The notes beneath the pieces were generated by a model that saw only the letters and a list, made by a program, of their open reading frames with translations, ran no database searches and was not told the origin of the DNA. This document shows, in pieces, positions 32,547 through 40,990 of a stretch of 50,375 bases of DNA. The position numbers and the translations under genes were made by a program. This DNA is from a virus (lineage: Duplodnaviria; Heunggongvirae; Uroviricota; Caudoviricetes), in the IMG/VR virus record IMGVR_UViG_3300012352_000310, positions 64,001-114,375 of that record; one strand, 5' to 3'. Each line of letters opens with the position of its first letter. The stretch's first letter is position 1.

Positions 32547-35500
32547 TTAGCCGCCGATCTCTTCGAAGCTCACGCCAGTCTTAGTAGCGATGAAGTTCAG
32601 AGTGATGAAGTTGATAGAACGATTTGGCTTGATATAGATATCAGCGATAAATTCGTTACGATCAATTACTTCGGCGGTGTTGTTTGTAGTGTCGCACTTG
32701 ACCTTGAAGTCAAGGATACCACGACGGCCTTGTACATCGCGTAGGTATGGTTCAACCAAGCTACGGAATTGAGCACGAGTAAAGTCGTCGTTAAACTCGA
32801 ACAACTGATACTTCGAAGCGGTAGACACAGCCTTCTCAAGGACAATAAACAGACGACGTACGTTAATACGATCGAATGCGCTTGCCTTAGTTTGAAGAGT
32901 CTTATCACCGTATAGGATAGTACCTTCAGCTGGGAATGTTACGATTGGGTTAACACCATTTGCATACAAGATATCGCGTTGAGCAGCAGTTGGGTTGAAA
33001 GCTAGCTTAGTAACGTTCTTGATCTGACCACGGTTGAAACCACCTGGAGAGAACCAAGGATCAGCGATAGAGTCTGTGTAAGCACATAGACCAGCGACGT
33101 CACCTGCCATTGGCATCCAACGGAACTTATCAGAGTACTTATCGTACTGGTATTTCCATCCAGAATCCATTACAGCATATGAAGACGAACCGATTTGGTT
33201 ACGGTAAGTAACAATGCTTTGTGCAATAGAGTTAGCTGTACCGATGTACAGTGGTGGGCTTACGAATGCAACACAGTCTTTACGCTTCTCAGCAACACCA
33301 GTAATGATCGACTTAGCAGTAGATGCTGGCAAGTGACCAAGTGGAATTAGAGAGATGTCATAGCTTGCTGGATCATCGTATAGTTGGTATGCGCTAATGT
33401 AGTTGCCTGCGCTAGCTTCAGTAGTATCAACACCACCACTTAGTGTGCGGATAACAGCTGTTGTCATATCTTTGAATCTACCAGCGCTGGCGTTAGAACC
33501 CCAGTTAGCTTTAACAGTGCTAGACTCGACGTCGGAAGTGTGGTCAAGAACCCAGATCCACTTAGAACCGCTGTTTAGAACGTCCTTGTAGTAGATAGAC
33601 TTGCCAGTTGTTACGTTGCGTGCATCAGCAGCTTTAGATAGATCAGACCAACGCTCTAGAACGTTTCCAGCAGTGCCAGTCAAACGACCGTCGTTGTCGA
33701 TAACAACAACATGAAGTTCATCATAGGAACCACCGTTACGCAATGCGTAAGGAGATGTAGATGGAGCGTTGTTATTGAACAAGCTCTTGTACTTCCATTC
33801 AGCAACAACTGAATCATTGTAGACATCTTCGTAAGAAACTGTCTTTAGAATGATTGTTTGAACTTGCTCAACAGACTTGATAGCACCGATTCTTTCGCCT
33901 CTTACGTCGACTAGAATTCTGCCAACAGCAAAGTCGTTACCAGCTGAGTCATTAGCAACTGTAACATACAGTTCTTTCTTTGACAACTCATATTCGTCAG
34001 TCTTGTCGTTCCAAACTTTAACGAAGCCGTCAATAACACCTTGAGATTCGGACTTGATAGTACCGCTGTCTACACGGCTGCTGATTGCGATGTAACGTTC
34101 AGTTTGATATGTAAATGTTGTGCTTGTTACAGACAGAATCTTAGCGTTTGTTACGTTAACACTCTTTTGAATGTTTGCAGCAACTGTAACGTATTGACCT
34201 TCAACTAAGCCGTGAGCAGCAGTAGTTGTAATAGTTACGATACCAGCTGTTGTGCGGGCAACTCTGCTGATATTCTTAACTGAACCATAGTTGCTGTGAC
34301 GAACGTGTTGGCCAACTGCGAATGCATATTTGCTGTCTGCTGTAAGAGTAATCTTACGGTATTCAACTGTATCGATAATACTATCGATTTCACCAATTAG
34401 TTTGCCGCTAGTTGTGCGAAGTACTTTGCCAGCGTCTAGAGCATCATTACTGAATGCTTCTTCGTTGTCAAGAATACGACGGACATAAGCTAGTTCGCGT
34501 TCATCTTCTTTGTCTTCAACTGTTTCGCGTGCAGAGAAGATACCATTAACTGGAGTAGACCAGTTAGCGTTATCGCACATAGAAACCGTTAGAGAGTTAC
34601 CCATGTCGCCTGGATACTTAGCGGCAAATTCACCATAAGCACCCTGACCATCTGCCCAAGAGCTTAGATAGTGTGTGAAGTTCTTGATCTTGTTACCAGC
34701 TGCTGTGATCTGAGCAAACGCTGTAGCTGGAGTACCAGTGTAGTTAGATTGCAAGTCTGGATCAACAACAAACGTAACGTTGATTGGTAGTTGCGCAGTT
34801 GTATAACCAGAACCACCTGTAACCACATCAACGCGCTTAATACCACTTGTTGCGACAGCAAAAGTAATGTTAGCGCCTACGCCAGCTGATGGCGCCGATT
34901 GAGTGCTGTTTAGAACGTCATAAGAAATGTTGGTTGGATCGATGTAACCCATACCGTCTTCTAGACCTGTACCAACAAAGGTAATTGTAACGATAGAACC
35001 ATTACCATCGATAGTTGCCACAGATGCTTTAGCAACGATGTATTCGCTGCTTACTAGTTCGCCTGTCTCAACATCGTATGTGTCTACAGTTTCTTCAGGT
35101 TGACTTAAAACGATGATATCGCCGACAGCGTAACCAGATCCACCACTTACAACAGCATAAGAAGCAATAGCACCACCAGTTAGAACAGCTGTAGCTGTAG
35201 CTGGAGTACCATCACCAACAGCTGGAGCTTCGGCGAATACTACGTTTGGAACTGCACGATATCCAGTACCTGGAGTTGTCAGAACTACGCTTGTAACTGG
35301 GCCGCTTTGAAGAGCAACGGCGTTACGACCCGAACCAGAATCTACGCGAGTAACGTACATCTGTTTAGAGTATTCAAGGAAGTTCTTTACAGTAAAGAAA
35401 GATTGATAGTTAGAATCGTTTGGACGGCCATATACCGCCAACATGTCAGATTCTGTTGATACCAGTGTTGGTTGTTCTACTGGGCCCCACTTAAAAACGC

Positions 35501-35594
35501 CTGCAAAAGCGCCTGTGGAAGTAGATACAGTCGGGACGATCTGGGTGTAGTCCTTCTCTACTACCTGTACGCCTGGACTTAATTGAGTTGCCAT
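32547..35594 (-). CDS. 18: contractile tail sheath protein gp18, enlarged (1015 aa)
   Basis: LSPGVQVVEKD, FKWGPVE, PWFSPGGFNRG and FDRINVRRLF; large internal insertion. Confidence 0.95.
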   Translation of the reverse strand: MATQLSPGVQVVEKDYTQIVPTVSTSTGAFAGVFKWGPVEQPTLVSTESDMLAVYGRPNDSNYQSFFTVKNFLEYSKQMYVTRVDSGSGRNAVALQSGPVTSVVLTTPGTGYRAVPNVVFAEAPAVGDGTPATATAVLTGGAIASYAVVSGGSGYAVGDIIVLSQPEETVDTYDVETGELVSSEYIVAKASVATIDGNGSIVTITFVGTGLEDGMGYIDPTNISYDVLNSTQSAPSAGVGANITFAVATSGIKRVDVVTGGSGYTTAQLPINVTFVVDPDLQSNYTGTPATAFAQITAAGNKIKNFTHYLSSWADGQGAYGEFAAKYPGDMGNSLTVSMCDNANWSTPVNGIFSARETVEDKEDERELAYVRRILDNEEAFSNDALDAGKVLRTTSGKLIGEIDSIIDTVEYRKITLTADSKYAFAVGQHVRHSNYGSVKNISRVARTTAGIVTITTTAAHGLVEGQYVTVAANIQKSVNVTNAKILSVTSTTFTYQTERYIAISSRVDSGTIKSESQGVIDGFVKVWNDKTDEYELSKKELYVTVANDSAGNDFAVGRILVDVRGERIGAIKSVEQVQTIILKTVSYEDVYNDSVVAEWKYKSLFNNNAPSTSPYALRNGGSYDELHVVVIDNDGRLTGTAGNVLERWSDLSKAADARNVTTGKSIYYKDVLNSGSKWIWVLDHTSDVESSTVKANWGSNASAGRFKDMTTAVIRTLSGGVDTTEASAGNYISAYQLYDDPASYDISLIPLGHLPASTAKSIITGVAEKRKDCVAFVSPPLYIGTANSIAQSIVTYRNQIGSSSYAVMDSGWKYQYDKYSDKFRWMPMAGDVAGLCAYTDSIADPWFSPGGFNRGQIKNVTKLAFNPTAAQRDILYANGVNPIVTFPAEGTILYGDKTLQTKASAFDRINVRRLFIVLEKAVSTASKYQLFEFNDDFTRAQFRSLVEPYLRDVQGRRGILDFKVKCDTTNNTAEVIDRNEFIADIYIKPNRSINFITLNFIATKTGVSFEEIGG

Positions 35595-35653
35595 TTAATT
35601 CTCCTCGTTGCTAATTATGTGAGTATGCCTTCATGCCCTAAGCACCACATAAG

Positions 35654-35661
35654 TATTTATA
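35654..35661 (-). promoter_or_regulatory. late promoter TATAAATA upstream of 18
   Basis: Exact consensus, intergenic. Confidence 0.8.
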
Positions 35662-35673
35662 GTTTCATGGTTT

Positions 35674-37287
35674 TCAAAAGTTTAGAGGCTGATCATTTCC
35701 AGCATTTCCATCATTGAACCATCCGATTGGTGTCATTTCTTGTTCTATCTGCATGATACGTTGTTCATACATGATTTGTCGAAGGTTTACATTATTTATG
35801 TCTTTAAAATATGGGTTTGTCGTCAGCCATGAGAATAGAACTAGTGGCATAACTAGATCATCATGGTATCCATCATCAGCCTGATACGATCCTTTACGTT
35901 CAATGAACGTGGATATCTCAGAAATAACATCCATATCTTGGATTATGAGTTTATTTTCTTCTACTAGAGTCTTGAAAGTAGTACAACCAATGCGTTTTAC
36001 TTTTTTATCAGTAATGACACCAAGTTGAGATCTACCTCCACCAAAACCACCAGAAACTACCTGGCCCTTCGATCCTCTTGAAACAAACAAGATATTTTCG
36101 TATTCCAATTCTTCATGCATAATCATAGCGACCTGTTCTGAAGAATTGATCTCAATTAGTACATATGCCTCGTTGTATTCTTTCGCCACTTTATGAATGA
36201 CGTTTGGATACAACATCGGACTAATTTTGTTGTCTCTATATTTAGCTACTAATTTATATGGAGATTCTGTGACGTCTAAAATTGTGAATGCAGAATAATC
36301 TCCACCTACACCTTTAGCAGTATCTGCAACCAACACATATACGTGTGCCCGTTCAACTAGTTTGCCTTCTTCATCTAGCTTTTCACCAACTGGCAACTCT
36401 AAGATATCCAACCCATCTTTAGAATAGATGAACGGTTTTGGAACCATCTTAGAAAATACGTCAGCTCCAATTAGTGTTAAAGATGAACCTAAGAAGTTAC
36501 ACATAACTTCTTGGTTAAATTTCAGTTCACCCAGAAGTTCTTTTTGCTTTAGACCCCAAGCCTCATCTCTATCTGGGTGCTCCCAGTAATGAACTCTAAC
36601 TGGTACAAATCCGTTTGTCTTCTGCTCAGCTCCTTGCCAAAAATGCCAGAAGTGATTATAACCAAGTGGAGTAGACGTTAAGATAATCTTAGTTGTCTTA
36701 CCAGAGGAGATCGTAGGATATGTTGATGTAAAGAAGTCTTCAGCAACAGTGTTTGGAATGATAGCAGTTTCGTCAACGTATAACAAGTTAACCGACTTAC
36801 CACGAATACCAGAACCTGATGTTGCTGCTGTAAAAACTTTTGCACCATTCTCTAATTCAATGTCACCTTTGTTCCATGTTGTAACACCTTGCTGCAGCCA
36901 TGTAGGCAACTGCTCGTACATTAACTGATATCTAGATAGAATTTCACGGGCTGCAGTAGCTTTGTTAGCTAGAATAGCTACAGTCTTATGCTCATTGAAA
37001 AGGGTGTAATGCAGAATGTATGCAGCAACTACTTGGGATTTACCCATCTGTCTAGGCTGCATAGAAACAACTCGGTTTTCTCTATGAATTGTCTCAATGA
37101 AGCGAACTTGATATTCAAACAGTTCAAACGGAACTAGACCTTTATCAAGGGAGATAATCTTACAGTAGTTTTTGATGAAATATACAGGATCGTTGGCACA
37201 GCGAATGTACTCTTTGATTTGATCTTCTGTAAAATGTACAGAGACATTCGCTGCTTTTAACGACGTATTTGCATTGTAGAATTTCAT
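35674..37287 (-). CDS. 17: terminase large subunit gp17
   Basis: RQMGKS Walker A, LYVDETA Walker B, STPLGYNHF, DTAKGVGGDYS and HDDLVM. Confidence 0.97.
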   Translation of the reverse strand: MKFYNANTSLKAANVSVHFTEDQIKEYIRCANDPVYFIKNYCKIISLDKGLVPFELFEYQVRFIETIHRENRVVSMQPRQMGKSQVVAAYILHYTLFNEHKTVAILANKATAAREILSRYQLMYEQLPTWLQQGVTTWNKGDIELENGAKVFTAATSGSGIRGKSVNLLYVDETAIIPNTVAEDFFTSTYPTISSGKTTKIILTSTPLGYNHFWHFWQGAEQKTNGFVPVRVHYWEHPDRDEAWGLKQKELLGELKFNQEVMCNFLGSSLTLIGADVFSKMVPKPFIYSKDGLDILELPVGEKLDEEGKLVERAHVYVLVADTAKGVGGDYSAFTILDVTESPYKLVAKYRDNKISPMLYPNVIHKVAKEYNEAYVLIEINSSEQVAMIMHEELEYENILFVSRGSKGQVVSGGFGGGRSQLGVITDKKVKRIGCTTFKTLVEENKLIIQDMDVISEISTFIERKGSYQADDGYHDDLVMPLVLFSWLTTNPYFKDINNVNLRQIMYEQRIMQIEQEMTPIGWFNDGNAGNDQPLNF

Positions 37288-37311
37288 AGTATTAACAAAG
37301 TGTGGTATAAT
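37283..37311 (+). promoter_or_regulatory. antisense-oriented sigma70-like promoter (TTCATA-N17-TATAAT with TG extension)
   Basis: The -10 and downstream TATAATGTATCTCTA are identical to the plus-strand promoter at 22917; the -35 overlaps the gene 17 start codon. Confidence 0.45.
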
Positions 37312-37332
37312 GTATCTCTAAGATACAAACCA

Positions 37333-38094
37333 CTAGATGGTTCCATTAGGTGGACCATAATTATATACTGTAGTTGTAACACTAGATCCATCTGTGGGGT
37401 CACCAACAGTGTCAAATGTAACAGCTTGCAACGGATCGATACTACTATTATCTATATCGCCGATATCTACGATAGTTCTAGTGATAATCTTACCTTCGTT
37501 TGTTGGACCAAACATATTCAACTTCAATGTGAACGTTAGGGTGTACGTCACAAATCTTCTAGTCTGAAAATCACCGTCATAATCATCTTGTTGCTGCACC
37601 GAGTTTAGAATGATTGGCATATCGGTAACAAGCTCTAGATTATCTACCGACTTTACTCCAAGCGTAAATTCTGGAGTAAAGAATGGCAGTATTTGCTCTA
37701 CGATCTGAAACGCATCTTCCTGCGTCTTAGTTAGAATATACAAGCTAATGTCTAAGTTGTATGGTACTGGAGCAAAAACATAATCTCTAGTAGTGGTTCC
37801 AGGAGCTGATATTTTATTCATACGTCCTACTTTACGAGTAGAATCATATGAAATGCCTGTGATCTCAAACGACATTCTAGGCAGTGTAGTATATGTATGG
37901 TTATCTAAAGCAGGGTCTGAATCTACTCTAACAATCCACTTCTCTTTTGGAGCTTGTGCGATTGGCACTGCTATAGTCTGCACCAAGTTGCCTTCGTTAT
38001 CATGACGATGTACTTTAATATCTGAGAACATAGTTCCAAACGCGACAATAGCGCGTCTGAAAACTTTATGATAGAAGGCTGTGTTATTTAACAT
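37333..38094 (-). CDS. 15: tail sheath stabiliser / completion protein gp15
   Basis: FYHKVFRRAIVAFGTMF, VPIAQAPKEK, LPRMSFE and QIVEQILPFFTP. Confidence 0.93.
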   Translation of the reverse strand: MLNNTAFYHKVFRRAIVAFGTMFSDIKVHRHDNEGNLVQTIAVPIAQAPKEKWIVRVDSDPALDNHTYTTLPRMSFEITGISYDSTRKVGRMNKISAPGTTTRDYVFAPVPYNLDISLYILTKTQEDAFQIVEQILPFFTPEFTLGVKSVDNLELVTDMPIILNSVQQQDDYDGDFQTRRFVTYTLTFTLKLNMFGPTNEGKIITRTIVDIGDIDNSSIDPLQAVTFDTVGDPTDGSSVTTTVYNYGPPNGTI

Positions 38095-38097
38095 GTC

Positions 38098-39507
38098 TTA
38101 CCAAGTCCAAACTCTAACTATTCCAGGAGCTCCAGATCCACCAGAGCCGGCGCCATAGCCAGAATCTGCTGAAGACCCACCACCACCACCACCACCTGGA
38201 AATGCTCCAGATCCGCCAGACTTACCGTTAGAACTTGTTAGATATCCGCCACCAGCTCCGCCACTTCCTGGTTGAGCTGCTGATGCTCCATCGCCACCGT
38301 TACTTGGTTCTGCTGGAGTATCAGTAGTAGCGTACGATCTAGCTAAACCACCGTGAGCTCCTGATGAAGATGTTACTACGTTTGCTGCTGCACCACCTCC
38401 GCCACCACCACCCGCTGCACCATAAGCGCTAGAGCCACCTGGAACAGTTGGAGTTGTTTGTGAACCACCAGATCCGTTCGATGCACTGATAGGACTAACT
38501 GCTTTAAACGATATAGCTCCAAACACGCCTGATGTTGTTGTCCCGCCTGACCCATGACCTGCTTGCCCAGTAAATAGATAATTTCCAAAGCGAGTATCTC
38601 CACCAGACGTACCATCATTACCAGCACCGTCGACGGCACCAATTCCGCCTTGACCGCCTAGACCCACGGTTATTGCTACACTGGACGTAATATCAGATGC
38701 TCTAAAACGTTCAATTAGTTTTGCGCCACCAGCTCCGCCACCGCCGCCATATCTATTTACTGTGGTTGCAGCAACAGCACCAGCTCCGCCGCCACCGCCG
38801 CCACCAACTACTTCTACCATTATTATAGTAGCTCCAGGTGGTTTAAACCAAGTGCCGCTATTAGTAAATTCTTGATATGTTGGAGAGTAAGTAGATTCTA
38901 CAGTCAAGCTTTGATTTACTGGATTAGTAGATATAGAAATATTCTCGCCTGCAACAAAAGTCAATGTCGAATTTTGAGTTGTGGCTTCTATGTTTTCTTG
39001 GCCTGCTACAGCTATAGTGTTGTAGATGAATGGCTTATCTCCAAGATCTAGGAAAGATCCAGAGAACAATGTTGGCTTACCAGTTAGATCTGCATATGCA
39101 CCAGAGAACAATGTTGGCTTACCAGTTAGATCTGCATATGCACCAGAGAACAGTGTTGGTAGACCTGCAAGATCAGCATAATTGCCTGTTGCAGCAACAG
39201 TGGATAGCGTTGGCTTACCAGTTAAGTCTGCATATGATCCAGAAAATAAGTTTGGCTTACCAGTTAAATCTGCATATGATCCAGAGAACAACTGCGTCTG
39301 TAATGCATAGACAGTTAGGTCTGGTTTATTAGTTAGATCATTATAGTTGCCAGTCTTTGCAACCGGCGCGACAGTCAAAACTGTGCCATTGCCGATACTA
39401 GCAAAGATTTCAGTAAAGTTGCTATTGATTTTTTGAGACGCAGCTCTCAGTGAATCACCACTTTTATCGTTCGGTGCTGCGCCAATGTTAATTAGTTGCT
39501 TTCCCAT
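38098..39507 (-). CDS. fibre/baseplate-like structural protein: gp9/gp10-type N-terminus, 14-aa repeats, Gly-rich C-terminus
   Basis: INIGAAPNDKSGDSLRAASQKINSNF N-terminus; LFSGxYADLTGKPT repeats; GGGGGG-rich tail ending VRVWTW. Confidence 0.7.
   Translation of the reverse strand: MGKQLINIGAAPNDKSGDSLRAASQKINSNFTEIFASIGNGTVLTVAPVAKTGNYNDLTNKPDLTVYALQTQLFSGSYADLTGKPNLFSGSYADLTGKPTLSTVAATGNYADLAGLPTLFSGAYADLTGKPTLFSGAYADLTGKPTLFSGSFLDLGDKPFIYNTIAVAGQENIEATTQNSTLTFVAGENISISTNPVNQSLTVESTYSPTYQEFTNSGTWFKPPGATIIMVEVVGGGGGGGAGAVAATTVNRYGGGGGAGGAKLIERFRASDITSSVAITVGLGGQGGIGAVDGAGNDGTSGGDTRFGNYLFTGQAGHGSGGTTTSGVFGAISFKAVSPISASNGSGGSQTTPTVPGGSSAYGAAGGGGGGGAAANVVTSSSGAHGGLARSYATTDTPAEPSNGGDGASAAQPGSGGAGGGYLTSSNGKSGGSGAFPGGGGGGGSSADSGYGAGSGGSGAPGIVRVWTW
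39040..39345. repeat. imperfect 42-bp (14-aa) tandem coding repeat, about 7 units
   Basis: Unit ccagagaacaatgttggcttaccagttagatctgcatatgca recurs at 42-bp spacing, with interruptions. Confidence 0.9.
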
Positions 39508-40238
39508 TATACTGAGTCCATTGTTACTGTTGAGGAATCCATACGCAGAACTGTAGAGTCTGCAGTGTAGATGATGATGACTGCCACTGAACCAAGTGGA
39601 TTGTTACCGGCGATAACAAGAGCTTGACTTTCTTCTCTAAACTTGAAGTTATCTCCAAAAGAATCCACAGTGTCAACGATAGATGATTGCGCGACTTCAT
39701 CGAAAGATTTAAGATCTTCAAAGACGTCAATTTCTTCGATACCAGTGTCCATTTGTTCAGAGCTATACTGAAACAGTTCAACCTGAAGCTTGTAAACATA
39801 AAGCTTTCCAAGTTGATAGAACGGATCTTGGTGATCTACAAACTTAATTTCAAACAGTCCTCCAGTTAGAGGAAAGTATAATAGATCACCTTCACATGGT
39901 CTGTTTGGAAGTTGTGTCTGTCCATATCTTCCAACGAATTGATCCCAACGACGGCGAGCAACTGTTAGAGTCGCTGATTGCTCCATCATCAAACCAAATT
40001 TTTGAATGAATGCACCTTGACCTTCAAATCCGTCTACCGTTTCAAGATACATTTCAATTGGGTAAGCGGTCTTAAACTTACTAAGACGATCTTCTCCAAG
40101 AATTTCATCTTTAGCTACAAGTGTTCTAGGAATATAGAAAAAGTCTTGCCCCCAGATCGTGATCGATTCACAGATCAGATCTTCAAGCAAGAACTGTTCG
40201 TTCTTAGTACCTTGAGAAAAGTATACGTTACGTGCCAT
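39507..40238 (-). CDS. 14: neck protein gp14
   Basis: LICESITIWG, DEILGED, AYPIEMY, GDLLYFP, FEIKFV and FYQLGK. Confidence 0.94.
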   Translation of the reverse strand: MARNVYFSQGTKNEQFLLEDLICESITIWGQDFFYIPRTLVAKDEILGEDRLSKFKTAYPIEMYLETVDGFEGQGAFIQKFGLMMEQSATLTVARRRWDQFVGRYGQTQLPNRPCEGDLLYFPLTGGLFEIKFVDHQDPFYQLGKLYVYKLQVELFQYSSEQMDTGIEEIDVFEDLKSFDEVAQSSIVDTVDSFGDNFKFREESQALVIAGNNPLGSVAVIIIYTADSTVLRMDSSTVTMDSV

Positions 40239-40239
40239 G

Positions 40240-40980
40240 TTAGCCTAAGAAAAAGTCCAATGGTGCTGACTTATTCATCATATCATCTTCTAACTCTTTC
40301 AATTCACCGACAGCTTCATCATATAATTTATCGCCATCGATTGTCACACCTCCCGGCAATTGCATACCAGAGAATTTCTTCAAGTTTGTAGCCCAAGCTT
40401 TCTTGAACAATGCTGAAGTGTAGTGTTTCAACCACATATCGTTGTACATCTTAGTAGCTTCATTTGGATCTAAAGCTCTATAACATTCAACTAGAATATA
40501 TCCACCGACAGCCATCTCTGTTTCCCAAGATGCTTCAATATGTAATTGACCACGAAGACGGTTAAATCTATACAGTGGGTGACCATTCAATGACAAATCT
40601 AGTAAAGCTAGATGAGACATTGCTTGAGTGTAGTAGATAATAGAAGTACTTGTTAAATCATACAGATCGTTCAATCGCAATTGGTACTGCAAATCGAAAA
40701 CAGACTTAGAAGTCGAAGTGCCAGAAGCAATAGGGAATACTCTATTCACCCCGTAGATATGATCTGGTAGCGTGATATATTTATTGTCGATGTCTATCTG
40801 CGTAATCTGATGCTTTAGATATACTTTTTCGACGCCATCGTAATGGTATTGTCTGAAGTATTCGATAGCTTCATCTAAACGATCTTCTAACTGATCGTCG
40901 TCTACGTTAATCTCAACGACTGGAGCGCCGAGATTACGTAGGCAGTATTGTTTTAGTGATTCTCTTGAGTTGACTGCCAT
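40240..40980 (-). CDS. 13: neck protein gp13
   Basis: LKQYCLRNLGAPVVEINV...QLEDRLDEA, WLKHY and LPGGVTIDG. Confidence 0.95.
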   Translation of the reverse strand: MAVNSRESLKQYCLRNLGAPVVEINVDDDQLEDRLDEAIEYFRQYHYDGVEKVYLKHQITQIDIDNKYITLPDHIYGVNRVFPIASGTSTSKSVFDLQYQLRLNDLYDLTSTSIIYYTQAMSHLALLDLSLNGHPLYRFNRLRGQLHIEASWETEMAVGGYILVECYRALDPNEATKMYNDMWLKHYTSALFKKAWATNLKKFSGMQLPGGVTIDGDKLYDEAVGELKELEDDMMNKSAPLDFFLG

Positions 40981-40990
40981 TTGTTTACCT

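Noticed and set aside
37300-37539. Track ORF MWYNVSLRYK..., labelled minus
   Set aside because: The peptide actually reads on the plus strand (GTG at 37300, TAG at 37537-37539), so the strand label is wrong. It lacks an SD, starts upstream of the putative TSS and is antisense to gene 15; not accepted as a gene.
39030-39332. Plus-strand ORF with MLAYQLDLHMHQRT repeats
   Set aside because: Antisense shadow of the 42-bp coding repeat in 38098..39507.
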